From assembly GCF_001194135.2 (NCBI RefSeq), contig NC_068989.1, forward strand, positions 63,158,579 through 63,222,578: DNA of 64,000 bases, written 5' to 3'. Position numbers and translations under genes: made by a program. The notes below the pieces were generated by a model that was given only the letters and a program-made list of their open reading frames with translations, was not told the origin of the DNA and did no database searches. Source of the DNA: Octopus bimaculoides. Its lineage: Eukaryota. Positions 52,799 through 64,000 of the stretch are shown here, piece by piece. The first letter of the stretch is position 1. Each line of letters starts with the position of its first letter.

Positions 52799-53304
52799 TA
52801 TATATATATATATATATATATNNNNNNNNNNNNNNNNTATATATATTTATATATATATATATATATTTATTACATATATATACGTGTGGGTGTGGCTGTG
52901 TTTGTGGCTGTGTTTGTGGATAAAGCATCCGATAGATGGCTTTTGTAGTAATCATCTCGGTTAGCTATGCTAGGTGTTTAAATCACACAAGCGTCAACTT
53001 CACCTTTCATCAATTCGGTTCGTTAGGTAAAATACTAGTCCTTTACTTGGATCGATTCTCCGCTTTGTCGTATCTTTGTTCCTGCCTCTTCGGCTGGGGA
53101 TCTCACCTTCTGAATGAAACCACCTGTTGTTGAATCTGGGGTGGAACTTGGCTCCAGCAAATAAAATTTTACCCAGGATACACCGTATGTCTGGATCGTG
53201 CCTATGCGATTCCATTAGGATTTGATGCCCGTCACCCATTAGCTGGTGTGTTTAAGCGTGAGTGAGCTACAGTGAATATGCATATATGAACGTAGAGAGA
53301 TAAG

Positions 53305-53368
<64 letters not shown>

Positions 53369-54838
53369 TAGAGAGAGAGTAAGACCTATACAGACGGTGA
53401 AGGACGGGGAGAATTTCGATGATTCTGATTCCCGGTGTGTTTGTATGCATGTATTTACTTGTATATTTATAAGGACTTTCGTTATATCCATGTATTTTTA
53501 TTGATAATTTTGACTGGTTACACAATAGGCGTTTTTGATATTAAGTTTGTAAAATGGGCGTATCTCCTTGCAACCCGTTGGAAATGGTTTAATTTCTCAT
53601 CATAGATTTATGACACACTAAAATAAAACCACAAAAGCATTATTGTAAACGCCATTTGTTAGTGTTTCTTATACAATTGTAAGAATGTACCGATGTTGAT
53701 GAGTTATCAAAATTTTACGCTGGTAATTTTTCAGGAGTGATCTCAAGCGGCTTATGAAACACAAATCATGCTTCATATATGATTAATAGCATATGAACAG
53801 ATGTTAAAAGGATACTAAGAACATCATGGACTAACAATTAGATATTTAACATAAAATATATGCTCTGATTTATGTACCCGTTGCTTTATTTTGAATCCCA
53901 GTTCGAACCGAAAATCAATTGACTTGATTTATCCAAAATTTCATTACAAAAGAAAAAAAATGGCTTCACAATTTTAATTTTCTAGAAATATATTTTCTAT
54001 ATTTTTATACCAAATTTCTATCTCAAATTTATTGCAGTTCTTCTGCCCTCTGCTGATTTTATTCGTAACACATTGTTAGGAAAAAAAAGTAAAATGTCAC
54101 TTAGTGAAGCTCTTTCAATTAAGTGATTACAATTTTGAAATATTCACGGAGTTAATCCATTTCGTTTAGAAGTTATTAATAAAATTTCATAAAGATTACA
54201 CGATAAAATAAATTCAATTTATAATTTAGAATGCATGCATACTTTATCGAACTTTTAATGGATTTGCGAAAATGATATAACTAATAAAATCGGACAAACA
54301 ATTACAATAAATGGAATAACGAAAACTTGCTAAATATCAATCGATGTAGTGGAGAAACAAATCTGAAATGTATAGATTAAATCTGCAGTAAACAATTTAT
54401 TTATAGGAAATTATGACTGTTCAATGATTCGTTTACATTATGTATCGACATAACTTTCTATCTAATTGATCAGCACTTTGAAATATTGATTTTTTACACA
54501 ACCTTATATTCACAAATATATAGGGGAGAGGCAGCGTTGATAAATTCAACTTTGATATACCTTTGCTACAATCTATGAAATCTAAATTAGCACAAGGTTT
54601 ATAGGTTATAAATAGGCCTAAAGTTCACAAAAGTGGAGTTGAGATTTCATTGGGATCACGTGTATCACATATTACAGCTCAGGTACTTGCGATATTATTA
54701 AAGAAACATCTTGACGCGAGAGAAGCCAAATGAAAATAGGTTGCAGTGCTATACAAGCTACGAATCAGGTAAATGACAAAAGCTTAATAAACTATCTATT
54801 TCCTAACTGAAGTTCCATTAAATTTATTTCTTGTTTAG

Positions 54839-54960
54839 GTATTTATTCATATGTACACTCGTTCATTCAAGACATCATTAAATATATGCATAAAACTAGA
54901 AAAACCCAAGTTGCTTCAATGCTTTCTTTTTATACCCTGTTACTTGTCCCTACCATGATT
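54839..54960 (+). CDS. Candidate internal exon (122 nt; (G)IYSYVHSFIQDIIKYMHKTRKTQVASMLSFYTLLLVPTMI)
   Basis: Strong acceptor tttatttcttgtttag| and strong donor ATT|gtgagt. One frame is fully open and ends in a hydrophobic stretch. Confidence 0.3.
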
Positions 54961-57900
54961 GTGAGTAACTCCACGTTCTTTCAAGAATTTATTGGATACA
55001 TGATTCCACCGACTAAATCCACTTTATCCGAGCTTAATTTACAATTATGTATCGAGTGAACATGTCTTCTTGATTTTATATCTCCTGAGTTTTAAATTAT
55101 AGCCATATCACGATCGAGATTCTATTAAAATCTGAACAAATTGTTATAAATTTTTGGAGGTTTTTCCAAAATACTTAGAGGTTTTTCAGTGATAATATTG
55201 ATATAACATAGTTTTTTGTTACAGTTTTATAATATATTATGCAATATATAATATTGTTTTACGGTATAAGTGAAATATAGCTTTAAATATCTGCGTTATT
55301 TTCGTAAAGCCTGCATTAAAAGAAAAGTATTGTTACAAGTATATTTTTTTTTTGCGATACACTATTTACAATAGAGATGCATGCACAAGACGCGTTACTA
55401 GTGGATGATTCTGTTAAAAAAGACTGTCAATTGTTTTCTTCTTGTCTTAAATGATGAAAGATACATCCGGAATATGATTCAAGTTAAAGAAAGACTGACG
55501 AAACTAAACGACAACATCTCATTCTTAAACACTTTTGATTATATGTTTTTTTTTTATTCAGTTGTGGTGTCGACAAACTTACAAAGCAACAACAGCAAAG
55601 TACGCAGCTAATAGCGCAGTAATGTTGCTGAAATATTTAGGTAATTTATATAATATGCCTTCTCTAGTCATTAAATTTCATTGATAGAGATACCAATGTT
55701 ATATACGGGCTAATCCGTCATTGTGTTGTTTTAAATAATGTGATGCAGATCGATAATTATTCAAATAACACCAAAAGCTCATCGAGACCGTCGTTGTCGT
55801 TAGAAAATATGTTAGAAATATTTTAATCAATCAAAATTGGAAGTTTGTCTGCTTTCTAGTTTGTTCACAAAATTGGTATTATTAGAAGTGTAACTTTAAA
55901 TATTTCTCATCCTGCGGCAATTTAATTCTGACATTTTCGAAAATTAATTTGTGCTATATTTAATTAAACCCAAGGATAGCAACAGTCACGTGATAGCAAA
56001 GTGCCAATGATGCGATATTCCTTTTTAATATCTACATCGACCGAATATATATTCTCATACTACAAGAATTGATGCAATAAATCTTCTTTGTTATTAATTA
56101 GGTTCTATTTAAAACTGGTGACACAAATGTATTGACAGATTTTATTCTCTAAATATCTACTCAAGTTATAAATAACAATATTTCTTTCTCTTAACTCCCT
56201 CACTCTCTTCTTCATCACCGTCATCATCGTCGTTATCACTTCTTTATTTTCTTTTTCAACTCCATTATTATCGGTTTGTTGATAGTTCTATTTTGATATT
56301 ATAAAGAGAATGAACGAAATGGTGAAATATACTTCGTAAGCAATTATTCCGCCCTTCCTGAAATCTAGTGAGCAAACAGTAAATGTTATTCAGACTATGA
56401 AAAGATTATATAGTTGATAGAAAAATCTATGTTTCTCAACTCGTAATTACAATTTTATTTTCACAACTGGAAGCAGAAATCTTTGTTAACGGTTTTTGCT
56501 GATACATAAATTTATCTCCTTTTACGCACCAAATAATAGACGGATGTATTTGTCTTGTCTAGCACATCTTTTCGTTGATATAGAGACAAATATACCACAA
56601 TTCTTATAAACGTTTATTTTATAACTAATCATATTCGTTGTAAGTTTGCAGGGCAATCATGGTCTATTGTTCAGATACAGTTGAGGATAGACGAGAGTAT
56701 AAGAAAACATGTTGAAGTGTATAAAATATTGGATGCTAACTCGTATTCAATGATGTAGTTTGCCTTTGAATTATGTAGACAATACTTATCCAGAGGTTAA
56801 ACTAACTTGATGAATTATTCGCCGAGGCATGCTTTAATATTTGGTTTCTGATAAATTTAAATTCAATAACAATTGGTACAATTTTGTCTGCTATATTTTA
56901 GACACGTATGTTTATTTACTGTAATAACACAATTGAAGTATCTCTTAAGAAGGATCTATCTTGTTTTGGCATGTACGTTGGCAGAGATTCCAATTATTTT
57001 GGCCAGATTTAACTTTGTTCCCGTGTTTTGCAAGTATTATTCGATCGTAGATTCACTGTTTATGTACAAGGCAATCTTTTTTTCTCTTTTATACAATTGT
57101 TGAACAATATTAAATATGAATCAATACAATATCTAGTTAAAATATTTGGAATGTGTATATTCGTCTGAATTTACACGGAATACACAAGGGAAAGAGAAAG
57201 AGAGATACTGACGTGACTGACAGATTAATTAACCCCATTTATTGGCTGTTTCATGAAGGGTGTTCAGTCATCTGCTACGACATTTCCATTCACCTCGTAC
57301 AATTCACAACCTGGTTCTAAACATGCATACAACCATTAATGCTGTTAACTGACCTTGTTGAAATAACCAGTATTATAGCTTGAGATCACATCATTTTCAC
57401 AGCAAAAATTAAGAACAAGTTGGACAGTATAAAATGGGGCCGACTGCACTTAAGATAATGAAAACAGTAAAAGACGAGATCTTCACAGCTTGGATGGGTT
57501 CCATCTACAGTTCTAGAACAAAATGTATCTTAATGAGAATATGTAGCCTGGTGGTGCATGATCACCATATAGGGCGCTATAAATTAAATAATCAGTAATG
57601 AAACTGATGTGCGATATTAACTTATACTTCAAGCCTGAGGAGGTTGGAACTTTTTGATACTCAATCATCTTTGTGATACAGTCGTAGTAAGTCGGAATTC
57701 ATCACTCTATTGATAAAGGGATCTTGCTGCATTAGTTAACTTGCCAATGAATGTACGTCTTCCTAATGGTGTAACTAGACAAAGATAGAAACATTGTCTT
57801 AGTTAAGTTGAGGAATTAATAAGTGTAACATACTTCAAAAAATATATTTACTTTCACATTTTTTAGCCCTTATCATTGTTACCGACATTGATTCACAAAT

Positions 57901-58270
57901 TTATATCCTAACCTATTTTATCACTGATTCTCTCTATTTATATTCCAGGGTCTTTGGATTTTGTTATAAGTGTATATAAATCTACTATATTTTCCTAGCT
58001 TATTTTCATAGACAAAAGTCTTTAACCAGAAGTGAAAGATTCTGAAAATAATGTTTTCATCAGTAGTTGAAGCAAAGTAGTACAGTTCAAGATTGGTGCG
58101 TGATCATCGGATGAATTATTTTTATTAATTTCTAAGAATTAAGCTGAGATTTGTGCACATTATAAAATCAGATTGGCACTTATGTGTCGCAATGATGCAT
58201 ACATGTTAAACCTAGAGATGGCGATCATCTCCAAATGTTATGCAAAACGCAATAGGAGTTGCAATCGTCC

Positions 58271-58363
<93 letters not shown>

Positions 58364-58740
58364 TGAAGTGATATATGTATGTGTTGTAAAGTGGGTTCCT
58401 CCCTTTGGTGTGATGTGTAATTGGCGTTGTACTGTAGTTGCTGTTTTACGTTAGTAGCCACAAGAGTTACTAGTCATCCGATACCGTTGTATCTCTTCGT
58501 ACCGGATTAGTAATACACTAACTTCTGTTTGACTATCGCAGATAAGTCCACAAGACACCGTCTAGAACTGCCGGCTTTCACCTCTTCGACTTTCGACCCT
58601 CTCTTAACGAACCGCTATGGTCTCTTTATACTGGAAGTTATATGTACCGCTTTTTTCCCGGGTGGGGTATACAGTTTCATTATACAGCAATATATATATA
58701 TATATATGCTGAAGTTATGTGTGTGTATATATATATATAC

Positions 58741-58790
<50 letters not shown>

Positions 58791-58792
58791 TG

Positions 58793-59129
58793 CTCTACCC
58801 CTCCCGTGTCTGTAGTCTTTTAGGACAGTTTTCATTTCTCCTTCATGTTACCCACTTTTGTCTTGTCTTGTAGCCCCAAGGCTTTTTGTTGTATATATAT
58901 TATCAGTATTAATTGTTGTCTTCTAATTGCCCTAAGCCTTCATTCTCTTTATTGCTTTGTCTCTCGTCCGTCCGCTAACGGTTTGTTCACGAGCCCGTCT
59001 CGTTTTGTTATGTTTCTTGTCGGAGCCTCCAGAGCGGAAGCAATAGTATCGATAATGGCTGAAATTGCATTTGATCTTCTGGCCGATAACTGATAAAGTA
59101 TCGGTGACCTTGTGTTTTTTGTTCGCTTG
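58793..59129. repeat. Local diverged duplication, copy 1 (copy 2 at 59528-59695)
   Basis: ctctacc.ctcccgtgtct.tagtc and cgttttgttatgttt...gcctccagag.ggaa...taatggct.aaattgcatttga...ctggcc.ataactgat.aag.atc.gtgacctt...gttcgc occur in both copies. Confidence 0.85.
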
Positions 59130-59309
59130 TCTTTTAGAATTATATATATATAGGTATGTCGTATTTTCCGTTTGTTGTCTTTTTATTTAATCCTGGAACT
59201 ATTATCTATGTAACGCACGCACTCATTCAGTTTTACCCATTCGTAGAAATATTCTTGGAATATTTTTATGCCACATTGTCTCTTCCGATACTTTGCTTCT
59301 CTTAATTTC

Positions 59310-59409
<100 letters not shown>

Positions 59410-59780
59410 CTCTATCTGTCTCTATTACCCTCCTCCCACTATCAGGTGACCGGTGACGACCTAATGCGGTGTCATTCTTTTTTGCGTTGCCTTCCACCCC
59501 ACTGGATACGATTTTCTGAGCTCCTCGCTCTACCGCTCCCGTGTCTATAGTCGTTTTGTTATGTTTTTGTCACATTCTCAGCAAGTTTCTTGTCAGTGCC
59601 TCCAGAGTGGAATCTTTAATGGCTAAAATTGCATTTGACTCTCTGGCCAATAACTGATGAAGAATCAGTGACCTTCTGTGTTTCCTGTTCGCCTGAGAAT
59701 TTAGTACATATTAGTTTGTTTCTTTACTACATTTTTCTTTTACTTACATATATATAGTTATATCAAAAGAAAAAAAACAT

Positions 59781-60145
59781 AGGCGCAGGAGTGGCTGTAT
59801 TAAAAAAGCTTGGTTCTGGCTTCAGTCGCACTGCGTGTCACCTTGGATAAGTGTCTTCTACTATAACCTCTGGCTGAACAATGCTTTGTGAGTGGATTTA
59901 TATATATATCTATGTGTGTGGAGGGGGGGGGGGGGGTGAGTGTATGTATTCCCGCGTGCGACTTTGTGTCTTTCTTTGTCCGAAGTTGGTGTATTTATGT
60001 CCCCACAAAACCTAGTGGATCGGGAAACGCGATCGATAGAATAAGTACTAGGCTTGCAAAGAATAAGTCCGGAGGGGCGGTGATTTCTGCGATTAAAGGG
60101 GGTACTGCAGCATGGCCGCAGTCAAATAACTGAAAGGTGTAAAAA
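59781..60145 (+). mobile_element. SINE family A (CORE-type), full-length diverged copy
   Basis: aggcgcaggagtggctg head, accttggataagtgtcttctactata, gtgagtggattt, an internal TG tract, then gatagaataagtactaggctt..aagaataagtcc..cagcatggccgcagtcaaataactgaaa. Confidence 0.88.
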
Positions 60146-60378
60146 TCGTTAAAGAGATAGATATTTACAAATTTCTAAAAAAAAAGCAGAAGGTGTGGTC
60201 GATTTAAATGGAGCATATATTATTGTAAATGATATATATATATTATTGTGTTTAGGGAGTGTATCATTATTTAACAAACTCACCAGAAATAAGTAAATTA
60301 GGGGAAATCGAACCGGTGAGTGTGTTAAATGGTAAGACGCTAAAAGAGAAGTACTTTAAAGTAAAGACTATTTGGCAA

Positions 60379-60828
60379 CATAAAATGGCAGTCCAGTATG
60401 GGACGAATGCTACTGTCTTTGATCCCCAGGAACCACCGTCTCCAGTGAGCTGTACGACACAATATCTGTGTTCTCAAATTTTCGAACAGGAGAGTTCAGC
60501 ATCTTCATTCTGCACAAAGTAATATCTAATTTAAAGTACTTTTACTGTATGTCTCTCTTTCTATTTATTAGGTCAGTGTTTGTGTGCCATTTTCAAAATT
60601 ATATATATTTTTGAACGAGAATCTAGAAGCGCCACCTTAACCGAGAAAGATAATTAACTCAGAAACCGCGGCCGTATGCAGATACTGCTTTGTGCTAAGT
60701 GGGAATGCTAAACTCCCCTGTTCAAAAATATAAGGACACAGATATTGTGTTGTATATCTAGCTAGAAGTGATGTTTCCTGGGACAAAACAAAAGTAGCAC
60801 TCGTCCCAACCGGGACTGCCACATTATG
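60379..60828. repeat. Diverged inverted repeat: 149-bp arms (60379-60527, 60680-60828) and a 152-bp spacer
   Basis: Ungapped manual alignment gives about 111/149 identical positions. Confidence 0.93.
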
Positions 60829-60838
60829 CTGGAAAATA

Positions 60839-60876
<38 letters not shown>

Positions 60877-62000
60877 GTATATATAGATGTATGTATGTTA
60901 TTTATATATATACGCTTATACATACATATATGTGTGGTTGTGTGTGTGTGTTCGCTAGCGCATGCATGCGTGTACTTCATGGAATACGTTGTAACTGCTC
61001 TAACAGCGTGCAAAATTATACATTTTTGCAATTGCCTTCATAACTCACATTATATCGGTGAGTATTTAACGTATATTCTTTAACAACATCGTGTATATAA
61101 TCCCAAGTCTTCCGCATGCCCGACTCCCTTTTCTAGTAACAGTAAAAACACTAACATTGTGGAAAATATCCATTTGTATTTTAATTCATGAACTATACTT
61201 TGAAAATCGCCGATCAAATGTTACTTTATTCCATTTATTCTTTTAGCAAACATTGCTAGATGTTCCGCGTTCAACTATATGATGAATGCAAATAATTTCA
61301 ATGGATGTTTAATGACAAATCATAACTGCAGTAACACAGAGATATATTTATGAAATGTGGAATAAAGTATGTTCATAGTAACGCGCACGCGTCTGTACCC
61401 CCCCCCCCACACACACACGCACACACAAACATATTATATACACAGACTGTTGATTACATATGTGAGTATACATAGAAGTCTGTGTATTCCTATATGTATA
61501 TGCATAATACTAGATAGTTGTGTGTAAATGAGTCTATGATCATATAATCAGTCCCTTTATAGATAGATAACACATGTTGAAAATTTAATGCAATAATATC
61601 TAACTACACAAATAAGCAAAACTATTAATTTAAACAGTCTACAGATATAAAATATTGGGTAAATAAGATCTTTACTTAAGAAATGTCAAACACTGCCGAA
61701 TGGATAATGATTAATCTTTTGTTTTATTGACTGTTGTATTCGGTGTCAGAAAACCAATTTGTTTTTCAAATATCCAAGTAGTATAAATACCCGGTGCTAT
61801 GTTTTTTTTTTATCAATTTTCGAAAAATAGACTTTATACAAATAATCCTCTTCCTTCGAATTCCTTAATCCTTAAATTCAGTTCGCAAGAAAATCTTGGT
61901 AGATATTGTTATATGATAAATAACGTCGCTAAAAGTATTTTCATCTCAACTAATCTTGTTTGAATTCTGTTGGTATCAATACCACCTTTCATCCTCTCAG

Positions 62001-62105
62001 ATTCGCTATGTAAGCTATAGTAATATGCTAACGTACTTCAGCTATGCAACTTGGAATAGTCTTGATCTTGTGCTAATGATAGGAAGTATCAGAGTGACCA
62101 ATAAA
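62001..62105 (+). CDS. Candidate internal exon (105 nt; IRYVSYSNMLTYFSYATWNSLDLVLMIGSIRVTNK)
   Basis: Acceptor ctttcatcctctcag|, a frame open in phase 0, and only weak donors (gtatcg at 62106; alternatives gtatca, gtgacc). Contains a YF..WN.LD-like motif. Confidence 0.2.
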
Positions 62106-62893
62106 GTATCGGATTAGTCACTATTTCTTTCTGCGCATTTACGTTCGAAATTCATATCCAACATTGTTTAACGTTGCCACATTTGCACATCGTTGAAATA
62201 AAGTGTGAGTGAAGTCCTGAGAGGGATTTTATTTTTTTATAATTTCCAGTAAAGGTGTGGCGCTGTGCTTTTCTTCAGAAATGTTTGTTTTTCACATTTA
62301 TAACTTCTCTTCAGTCTAGAGCTGTAAAATTTCAAGAATTATTTCATAAATGGTTATCTCAATATTTTCGTTATGTTTATATAATAGCTTTCCACTTTTT
62401 GCACAGAAAGGTTTCGTTCATTTGTATATTGTTCCGAGTAAATTTCATTTATTGTAACGAACCTGAATAGTGAAATTCAACTAAACTTAAGAAATTGTCT
62501 TCCCTTTAAAAATATATGGCAGGTCACACTTATTTCCTGCGTTGGTCATACTCATAAACAAATAAAAATATGTAACATTATCTGATTTTTCCGAAGCTTA
62601 AATTAATGGCTGAAATGCTAAAGTTAACCCATATACGCATGAATAAAACCGTACGTGTATATGCATGAAGATCTATCAGTTTTAGTTCCTTTCTCTTTAC
62701 CCATATATCATGTGCAATGGAAGTTTTACTACTCATGCCTTTGAGCAAGGTTAATATAGTATTTAACAACTGATTCTTTTGTATTGGTTTAAAACGGAGA
62801 CTTGTTGTGAAGATAGACACTATAAAACTTTTAGATAATTATCCAGTATGCTATCAGGGCAGCAACTTTAACTTTTTATAAAGCGCACTATAT

Positions 62894-63717
62894 ATTACAC
62901 ATAATATATATGTATATGTATGTGTGTGTATGTGTGTATACACACATACACATACATACACACAGATGTACATAAACATACACAGACACATACATACACA
63001 CACACACACACACACACGCACACACACACACACACATATATATATATTACGAAACGTTCATGTAGAACATTACGTTACTGTAGTCCATCACTCCAGCAAT
63101 GAATTAACTAAATAACATGGCCCTAACCTAACTTAAATCATAAAACAGGAGACAGTCATGGTTGTTTATATATTACATGGATGTACATTTGCAGCTGTTG
63201 AAGGAAAATTTAAACCCAAATATATCAACCATCTTTAGACTTTTACTCACTGTAATATATTCAACTACTCTTTCAGCTTTAATCTGGAAACTTAAAGACG
63301 AAAGGACTCATTACAACACCATATGAAAACTACATCATATGCAAACTGTAACGTTGTATAGAAAATCATTTTCAAAATCAAACTCTACCGTAAATGGGTC
63401 AAAAAGATGTTCAGTATGTACACTTAAAAAACAATATTTTTTTAAGAATTTAAGAGCCTCCAGCGACTAAGTAAGTTCTAGGAACAAGTTTCTTTCTGTT
63501 TGCATTAAACAAAATACATCTTGGCGGAAATTAAAGATAGGCCACCGAATACATTGTAAACCATTATTTTGACCACGCATTTTGACATGTGTTCACTATA
63601 AAGTTTGGTTATTTCCCCTGTGTTCTTTTTGTCTTCTTTCTTTTGAGCGTTCTTTGTTCAAACGTCATCTGCTTAGAAAGGAACTTAGAAACGGTCACCA
63701 CACATGAACGTTTCGTA

Positions 63718-63811
<94 letters not shown>

Positions 63812-63905
63812 GTCTGTGTATGTTTATGTACATCTGTGTGTATGTATGTGTATGTGTGTATACACACATACCCACACATACATATACATATATATTATGT
63901 GTAAT
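62894..63905. repeat. Near-perfect inverted repeat: arms 62894-63063 and 63702-63905, spacer about 640 bp
   Basis: The arms are reverse complements, including idiosyncratic microsatellite interruptions (cagatgtacataaacatacacagac) and the unique end tattacgaaacgttcatgt. They differ mainly in (CA)n length. Confidence 0.96.
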
Positions 63906-64000
63906 TGCAACCAATCTTTAAGCACTGACGACGGAAATGTGAAACTCGTGATAATGTCTGAATATTTTGATTCCAATGATGAATAATATATACCTATAAA

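Noticed and set aside
57424-57600. Short ORFs and splice-like signals on both strands
   Set aside because: The candidate exon between good minus-strand splice sites has stops in all three frames, and the plus-strand 55-aa ORF has no recognisable features.
58470-58527. Hairpin ttactagtcatccgatac...gtaccggattagtaa
   Set aside because: The stem is short and bulged and sits next to a probable repeat; too weak to call without small-RNA data.
60259-60822. Paralogous small proteins on opposite strands (MAVQYGTN.. / MAVPVGTS..)
   Set aside because: The peptide similarity is a by-product of the DNA inverted repeat. Many substitutions are non-synonymous and the ORF ends do not correspond.

Overview
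This is AT-rich, microsatellite-dense eukaryotic genomic DNA from a gapped short-read assembly, with about 17 N-runs that nearly all sit beside (TA)n/(CA)n/(GA)n tracts. The composition and SINE families look like an octopod cephalopod (inference from recalled repeat motifs, not a database hit). No complete or confidently nameable host gene is visible, and almost every long ORF in the supplied track is an artefact of N-runs or low-complexity repeats. What can be supported is a transposon graveyard: three tRNA-headed SINE families in multiple copies, three R4/Dong-like RLE non-LTR retrotransposon relics associated with (AAT)n, a Penelope-like GIY-YIG relic, a Gypsy-like integrase relic, and six Tc1/mariner relics (mariner, DD37D and DD41D spacing readable). 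There is also a 1.8 kb purine-only tract, two long inverted repeats near the right end, several local duplications, and a few low-confidence candidate exons. I did not find a clearly novel multi-gene system. The best leads are the two inverted repeats, the RT-less R4/Dong derivative with (AAT)n targeting, and a possible spliced membrane-protein gene.
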